From assembly GCF_009914755.1 (NCBI RefSeq), contig NC_060926.1: a stretch of DNA of 64,000 nucleotides. One strand, 5' to 3'. The notes beneath the pieces are model-generated. The model worked only from the letters and a program-made list of their open reading frames with translations. It searched no databases and was not told where the DNA came from. Shown in pieces: positions 56,301-64,000 of the stretch; within the stretch, counting starts at the first letter, position 1; each line of letters starts with the position of its first letter. This DNA is from the human T2T-CHM13v2.0 reference genome, Homo sapiens. Made by a program: the position numbers and the translations under genes.

Positions 56301-58119
56301 AAAAATTTAATTGCATATGTGAAAACATGTAGATTTTAATGTTGTTTTAAACTGAATATAGAGGACAATTGTTTTGCCCAGCCTGAATTCATACATATGA
56401 ATCTTATGCCCATAACCAAGCATGTAACCATGGCGGATAGACCAGATGGTGGCTAAATAAAACACTTATACAGGGCTTTGGAGATTAAATTGCTGATTTT
56501 TTTTTCTTGCCACATCTCATAAAGTAGACCAATAGAGGTGATTTCTACCACTCTCCATCACAATCTAAATATCAACACCTAAAAATGACACTTTCTAAGA
56601 GTATAGAACTGTCATCTGTTGGAATGGTAACACCTTGAATTTGAAATAAACTGCAACAAATCATACATCCAATAAATACTTCCGTAGTGACACCGAATGA
56701 GTTATAAGTGACTTTAAAACCAAAGTAAATTGAGTATATATACCTATTATAATGCATACTAGAAGCAGAAATATCTATACAGGAAACACTGAACTAAATT
56801 CAGTAGTTTTATTTTTATTAATTAAATTTTTAGTAGTTTTATTTTTAATATTAACATCATTTTATCATTATTTTTGGATTATTATACAAACAATATGTAT
56901 TCATTTTGTTAGAAATATTTTCACTATAAGTAAACAGTAGAATAATTACTGAATCAATGAAAATTAAATATAAACACCACAGTGTTAGAAGTAAGTGGAA
57001 ATATTAATAGGAAGCATACTTTTTTTTAAAAAACTAGGTGTTTATTTTGAAACTTTGTACACTGAAATGACCTAGGAACTCAGTGACCCCAACAAACATA
57101 AACCTAATATGTAACCTCAGTTCTTACATTATGATTTCTAATACAAACCATTCTCAGAAGAACTCAAGGTTCTGTGAGCAATGGAAATGTCATGATTGGG
57201 TAAATGAAGATGCAAGGTAGGTCTGGGTAGGATATTGTAAAGTGGCCAAAAGAAAGTATGCTTTAAACAATTGATAGCATTATGTCAAGGGGACATAGGA
57301 ATCCTATTAAAAAGGCTACTGTTGGCCAATATTTTGAAAATATGGACATTACCCAACATAATAAAACTGCAACTGCTTAAAACATATTGAAGATATTAAC
57401 ATCAATGAGTTCATAAAGAAAATATAAATATATTTGAATAAAATAAGTTTCTGTGGAGTCTTATTTACTTATGTTGATTTTATCTAGTCATTATTTTACC
57501 TTTCATTCTAAACTAAAAAAACCCCATGGATCCCTGAATTGGTCCAACCTGCTTCAGCAAGAGAAGCATGTACTTTTTCTGGAGGAAAGTTTCCCAAATT
57601 TTAGGGTCACAAGGCTACTACAATTAAGATGAAATGACAACAAACACAGAATACTGAATACATAAGAAGGCAATATGTGCACGAGTAAGCAAAAGTAAGC
57701 AACAGCCATTTATATATTAAGAATGTTTGAAGAAATAATAGATGTAATTGCAAAGTTGAGAACACACAAAGCCACAAAGCTTAACAGATACATTTTTTCT
57801 AAAATAAAGTGTCTAGAAACAGTTTTAGTGGTGGAAAGTTCAATGTGCATAGTAAAATCCCAGGAATAAATTAAATGGAATTTAAATTTTAAAATGTATA
57901 AGCCCTGGTATGATAGATGACAAATGAAATAAGAAAATAACAACAACAAAAAAAAAACATAAAAAGCAAGAGGGGAGAAAAAAATAGGAAAAGCAGAGCA
58001 ATAATAGATTAAATGTAAAGTAATTTATTCAAGACCCAATAATTGCACTAAATGCAAATGGCAAAAATGTGAGTTAAAGATGAAGCTTGCCAAATTGATT
58101 TTTTTATCGCTGTTTATAG

Positions 58120-58450
58120 TTGTGGTAAACATGATGACTAGACAAAGGTGTTAATGTTTTAGTCCCCAAACCTATCACTATGTTAACTTACATGGCACAA
58201 GAAACAGGTGGTTAAGGATATTGAATTGAGTAGATTATCTTGGAATATCCAAGTGCACCCAATGTAAATGCAGGACTGTAATAAAACAGACTCAGGAAGG
58301 TCAGAGTCAGAGAAGGAGATATGACAACTAAAGGGAGGTAACAATGAGAGAGAGAGATTAATTTGAGGTTGCTACTGCTGGCTTTGGGTATGGAGACAGG
58401 GGCACAGCCAAGGAATACAACCATCCCATTAACTCTGTAAAAGATAATCA
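58120..58450 (+). mobile_element. MLT1 (MaLR) LTR fragment
   Basis: TATGTTAACTTACATGGCA...AGATTATCTTGGAATATCCAAGTGCACCCAATGTAA...CAGCCAAGGAATACA. Confidence 0.6.
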
Positions 58451-59472
58451 TGTGGAATCTCCATTTCTTGTTTGTTTGTTTTATAACTTACAGTATGTAA
58501 CTGCCTCACCTCTGTTAGTCATATTAAGATAATGGGCTAACCATCCTAATCCAAATATAAACTAGACTGGAGTTGTGATAGGGTATTTTAAATCTCTCTC
58601 AACTGCCTCCTCAACTCTGAAAGACTGAGAGATGAAGTACTGCCTTCAAGAGTTTCTGTCCCAGATCTCTAAATTCTAGTTTCATGCAATTTCAAAATCC
58701 AGTAAATGTCCAAAGAGAAAAGCCGACTGTGAGCTTAAGAACTCCATTTCCTGTGGGAGATCTTTACTTCCTACATACCAGGAAACTACATTTCACTCTG
58801 AGATTTAGACACTATTGACCTAAATCTCTAGCTTCTCACCTACTCCCAGAACCCAGCAAATTCCCATGGAGAAGAGTGGCCATGTGGGAGGCCCTTCAAC
58901 TTTCTAGTTTTTAACCCCAGCCCCACATTATTGTTAAAATTTTCCTGGCTCCCTTTTGCTCGGGTACAGGAGCATGGGTTAATCTATGTCCTCAGCCAGA
59001 ATTGACAGACAAAAAACAACAACCAAGAAACAACTTGTGATTGTCAGCTCACCTGGGGAAGGCTCTCATCTCCCTGGAATGGTTGCCTATCCAGTCTTTA
59101 TATTTTTTACATATATTTGTGATTTTTTAAAATCAAATATCTGGTCTAATTGTTACAGAAATTGGCCTTCTGTGAGTTAGTATATCCTGCCCAAAAGCAG
59201 CAGTCCCTGGGCTGTCCAGATATTGTTTCTAGTAAAAACAGAGTTTTATTTTAAATCTTCAGTGTGTCTTTTTGCTTTCACAGCATGAGAGTACTGATAA
59301 AAAATAAATAAAATAATACCAGGTCTATACCTGAGCTACAGCCTGCAAAAACTTAAAGCAGAAATAGCTATACAGGAAGATTTAGGAAAGCATCTGAATG
59401 GGAAATGAAAAAATAGGAACATTAGGCAAGTATGGTGTTTAAGAAAGCAAGAGAATGAGACTATGAGGTTAC

Positions 59473-59765
59473 TGTTGTGTTGACTTGACTAGGTCCTCAT
59501 ACCCAGGTTTTGGTCAAACACCAGTCTAGAAGTTGCTGTAAGGGTATATTTTATGTATGTTTAACATTTAAATCAGTAGACTTTGAGTGAAGCAGATTAT
59601 TCTCCATAATTTGAGTGAGCCTTGCCCACTCAGTTCAAGACTTCTAGACCTCCAAGGAAGAAGGAATTCTCTTTCTCTCTCTTTTTCCCTTTTCTAGATG
59701 AATGGCTGGATAGATAGATAAGTGTATATCCTACTGCTTCTGTATCTCTGGAAAACTCTAATACA
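59473..59765. mobile_element. MLT2 (ERVL) LTR relic
   Basis: TTTTGGTCAAACACCAGTCTAGAAGTTGCTGTAAGGGTAT...AATCAGTAGACTTTGAGTGAAGCAGATTATTCTCCATAAT...TCTCTGGAAAACTCTAATACA. Confidence 0.7.
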
Positions 59766-60289
59766 GAAATAGTACAGATAGAAACAGAACATTCTTGAAT
59801 CCTGTTGTAAAAAATCAAGTAAAATAAAAACACAAAATGGCCATATAACATAGATGTCAATTGTGGTCCTTGGTAAGAGCAGTTTTGGTGGAATGTTGGG
59901 GAAAACAGCCTGGGTAGAGAGGGTTGAAGGAAAAAATAATGAAGGTAAGTGGAGATTTTGACTATAACATAATAAATAAACACTATAAATAATGTCTTCC
60001 CTTTTTGGTATTTATTCAATGCATGTTTATTTTCTTCAGTAAACTTTTGCTTGGGAAGAGTAGGCCACATCTCTAATGCCACACAGCTCCTAATACATTG
60101 ATTTGAAGAGTCTAGGTGCTATTTAGTATTTGTAAATAAAACATTGTATGATTTTTTACCCCAAAATGAATAATACTAGTAATTGGTAAGAAGAAAGGTT
60201 TTTTAAGGTTTGGATAAGGGTGGCACAGGGGGAACCTGTACAACACACATGAAAGTTTGTTTGAGAACAGTACAGAAACTATTACCTGC

Positions 60290-60770
60290 TGTGTTAGGCT
60301 GAATAATAGTCCCTAAAAATATCCATGTTCTAATTCCCAGAATCTGTGAATGTTACATTATATGGGACTTTGCTGAAGTGATCAAGAATCTTGAGATGGG
60401 GAGATATTTCTGGATTATCTCAGAAGCCCTACATGCAAGCACAAATGTCTTATAAGAGAGAGACAGAAGGAGACTTTACCAGAGAGGACAAGGCAGAGAG
60501 AGGATGGAGCAGAGAACAATTTGAAAATGTTGTGCTTCTGGCCTTGAAGGAAGGTGCCCTGAGCCAAGGAATACAAGGAATGCAGTTTTAGAAGCTGGGA
60601 AAGGAGAGGAAACAGATTCTTCTTAACAGCCTCTAGAAGGGGAATGGCTCTGCTAACCCCTTGCTCTTGGCTCCCTAAGACTCATTTGTACATCTGGCCT
60701 CCAAACTGTAAAATAATAAATTTCTTTTGTTTTAAGCCACTACATTTGTTCTAGCAGCAATGCTAAAACA
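60290..60770 (+). mobile_element. MLT1 (MaLR, MLT1C/D-like) solo LTR
   Basis: TGTGTTAGGCTGAATAATAGTCCCTAAAAATATCCATG...GAGCCAAGGAATACA...AATAAATTTCTTTTGTTTTAAGCCACTA. Confidence 0.85.
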
Positions 60771-63677
60771 CCCACCTTCCTGGTATAGAGGATTCACTCC
60801 CTGAAGACTTAGAACAAGATTTGATTAGTTATGTGGGGTGGAAGGGGTTTGAGTACCAGTACTCTAGACTTTTCATAGTTTTAAATGCCTGGGTTTTATG
60901 CTGTGAGTCATGGGGAGAATTAGTAGTTTTTGCATGGAAAGTTAACTGGCCAAAGAGTGTTCTAGGACATATTTTCCTGGTAGCAGAAAGAGAAAGAAAA
61001 TGAACATTGAAGTCTTGATAAGCAGCAGGATGAATCCATGTTTGGCTTGATAAGGATTTAGATAATAGTAGAAGTAACATAAAAGGAGAAAGTAATTGCT
61101 GAAAGGAATTCTCCAAAGTTGGAATTATCATGATGACAACTTCTACTCTTGAATTAAATAACTGAGTATAAAGATTTAAAAAAAATTTTTAAGCTACAGT
61201 TGTTGGGAAGACCAGATGAACCATGAATTCATTTGACATTCCACATGTAAAGGTCCAGTAGAAACAGATATCTGAAATAAGCCTAATAAATTAAGGCTAC
61301 GCATGGATCTGTCTGCATGATTGAAGCCCAGACAACAGATAAGCTGTCTTAGAAAGAGAGACCAAAGGCACAAACAGAGGTTTAAAAGTTGATGTAGAAG
61401 GTGAGAGGAATAACTAAAAATGAAGAACAGCTTGGGGAATATATCTTATAGTAGAGAAATTTTCTGCTGTATGATTTCTACTTCAGTCTGACAGCCTAGA
61501 TGTACATCAGATTTCTTACGGTAAGAAATCATATATGTTTTATTTTTATGATTCCCTCCATTTAGGTCACAAATGCTTTCAGACTTCCTAGTTTTAAGAA
61601 CTCCACATCTGCTGGTATGAAGTATTTCCTTCTTCAGGCAGGGTCTTTAAATTAACTGCGTTGCTAATAAATTTTAGCCTGACTCAGTCAAAATTGTGAG
61701 CTAAAATGTTGGTCTTTGGTAATCTTAACCTTATCATTTATGCCTTGGGAGCCCAAAGCTTATGCATTTTGCTTAGATCCCTGTATGCAAACTTTTAGTC
61801 AGAGATTACTGTTAATACTGTGTTGCTTCTCCCAGTATCTTTGCATTTTGTTTGGAACAAGTCACCTGTTGATTTTAATTTTAGAATTCAGGCAGACCAC
61901 GGGAAAAAACCCAGTTTCTTCATTTCTTCTTTCTATTGTCCCTTTTTCTTTTTCTTTGTTTTCCATTTTTCTCTTTTCCTTTCTACTTAATGGGATAAAA
62001 AAGTGGCGTTTCCAACTTCCTCAATCAAGACTCCATAATTGGTCAAGTCAGGCAACTCTACTAAGGTTGAGTTCAGATCTGGAGTCAACAGAAGACAGAG
62101 TGAAGCTCCATTGACTATCATTCCATTTACTAAAATACAAGTGTTATTTTAATTGTGAAACTGCCAGTCGAGTAAGGTGCAAAACAAATCACCGTGAAGT
62201 TGAATGCATTTTTTGTGTTCTGCTTGAGCAAAAATAGAACAACAGATGGCCATAAATTTAGGGAAGCTTAATGAATTGGCAAGTTATGACATAAAGTAAG
62301 TTGGAATTGGGTAACTTAAATGGCTATTAACAAAGGAGGAAAAATCTTCAAAAATGTTATTTTTTTTTGGAAAATAGAACACATTATAATTTAGATTATC
62401 TGTTTTCTTTTATCATTCTTTCATTGATACGTTTAGTTTAAGATCAGTTTCAGATAAGCATACTGCCCCTCAGCTCTACAATTTTACCTTGAAAAGGCAC
62501 AACCGTATGTCCTTTGAAGCCAGAATCTTGGAAAGTTCAAGGTTTATAATAAACTTACCACAGACAAGGAGAGCCTCTAGGCAGAGAATATGTTCCCCAG
62601 AAAATAGGATTGAGTCATATAAATTCCTACTGAAGTTTGCTCTATATGCTGGAACAATTACAAAGTGTAGGAATTTTATAAGTAAATATGAGGTACATAG
62701 AGAAGGTGAGAGAGAATTTTGGGTGAATTTGAGAGATTTGTGGGTAGAAGGAGCTTAATCCCTCTTACCATATTTTTAAAATTTCATTTTCTCACATTAA
62801 GAATGTATTTATTGACGGGATTAATCCAATACATACATAGACTGGAAGAATGCCTAATAGTTATTCTATAAAATATTTTTGGCAAGTCACTGTACCTTCC
62901 TCCACAACCAACCAACAGCAGGTTTTTCACAGTGAGAATATACAGTATTATATTAATAAAAAATTATCAAAAACTGTTGGGGAATACTGATCTATTCCTG
63001 AAACTATGCCAAATAGATGTTAACCCTTTCAATGCAAAGAATTCACAGGTGAATCAGTAGAGAACATTCTGCTTTTTACATCAGGACTATATGTTAATGC
63101 ATTTATTTTAAGCATAGACACTTTGCATTACTTAGAAATTAGTATGAGTGATTCAAATGCCTGAAAATTTACAAATCATTCTTCAAAATTATTTTTAAAA
63201 TAAAAGCAATTAGGCTGCATCACAAAACAGTTCATGTGGTTCTAAGAGCAGCACAAAAATGTAAGGACTATGAGCTTCGATAAGACAAGAATTACAAATT
63301 GTTTATAGAATACTATAAAACAGAGGTTAGCTTGAATTTGTGAGAGGCAATTCAGTGACATAGCAAGGCTGGAATTCAAGTTATGGAAGGGTAAAGAGAA
63401 AATGCAAGCAAATAATTATGGACAATCAGCTACATTGCTCTTTCAATAAGCTTATCTTTTTTTTAAGAGAATGAGACATAAAAAGAGGGAAGATCATTAG
63501 TAAAATAAGATGTCACTCTATTTTAGATATGCCTAAGATGCCAAGAACACCCTCCTTGGTTGCAACTTGGGGAGGGAGTTTTTTTGCTCTTCATATACAA
63601 CTTTCATTTTTTTCTTGAGGCCTGTATTTACACATATGCCAACTGTGTTAGGTGCAATAATTGTGAGTTTTGGTAAC

Positions 63678-63862
63678 TATCTTCTGTATCACTTCTGAAT
63701 GTAGCCACAGTATTTTATAGAATTTATAAAATTTACATTGGAACTATATGTTAATGCACTTATTTATAAATTTATAAAATACTGTGGTTACATTTTATAA
63801 ATACTGTGGTTACATTCTTTTTATAAATACTGTGGTTACATTCTGAAGTGAAACTGAAGATA
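63678..63862. repeat. Compound inverted repeat with a triplicated 18-mer in the right arm
   Basis: The reverse complement of 63678-63730 matches 63763-63794 plus 63843-63862 (4 mismatches, 1 indel). AAATACTGTGGTTACATT occurs at 63777, 63799 and 63825. Confidence 0.9.
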
Positions 63863-64000
63863 TCCCAGCTCCAAAAAATGTTCTTGTCAGAATCTTAGAC
63901 ATGTACTTGACTATCCTCTAGAATTTTTAATAAACAAACATCAAAGTGTCATGTATACTCTCAATATTCTTCCCCCTACTAAGATATGGAGCCATTTATA

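Noticed and set aside
61510-61530. 21-bp palindrome GATTTCTTAC-G-GTAAGAAATC
   Set aside because: 10-bp arms with no extension are within chance expectation for 64 kb of AT-rich DNA.

Overview
Primate (very likely human) AT-rich, CpG-poor intronic or intergenic DNA. I recognise no cellular protein-coding exon, rRNA or tRNA; the long ORFs in the track derive from LINE-1, Alu or LTR sequence. The middle (about 28.7-42.6 kb) is a nest of LINE-1s. It includes a near-full-length inactive L1PA3-type copy with a 16-bp TSD, a short 3' transduction tag and an open extended ORF0. It also includes a 5'-inverted, tail-less L1PA fragment and old L1M hosts carrying a Tigger3 that in turn carries a THE1 LTR. 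Elsewhere are four Alus, MaLR/MLT2 LTRs, a MER1, L2/MIR relics, an ancient ERVL integrase split by an old L1, and a 2.1-kb AT minisatellite. The most unusual signals are scars of local template-copying and hairpins. These are (1) a 179/179-identical copy of unique sequence 2.24 kb upstream, joined by micro-homeology to an old L1; (2) an inverted-repeat cassette at 63.7-63.9 kb whose spacer is copied from 657 bp upstream and whose right arm is triplicated; (3) the AT array bracketed by exact 27-bp and 18-bp direct repeats; and (4) a near-perfect pre-miRNA-sized hairpin at 992-1080. Repeat subfamily calls come from recalled consensus sequences, not from a database search.
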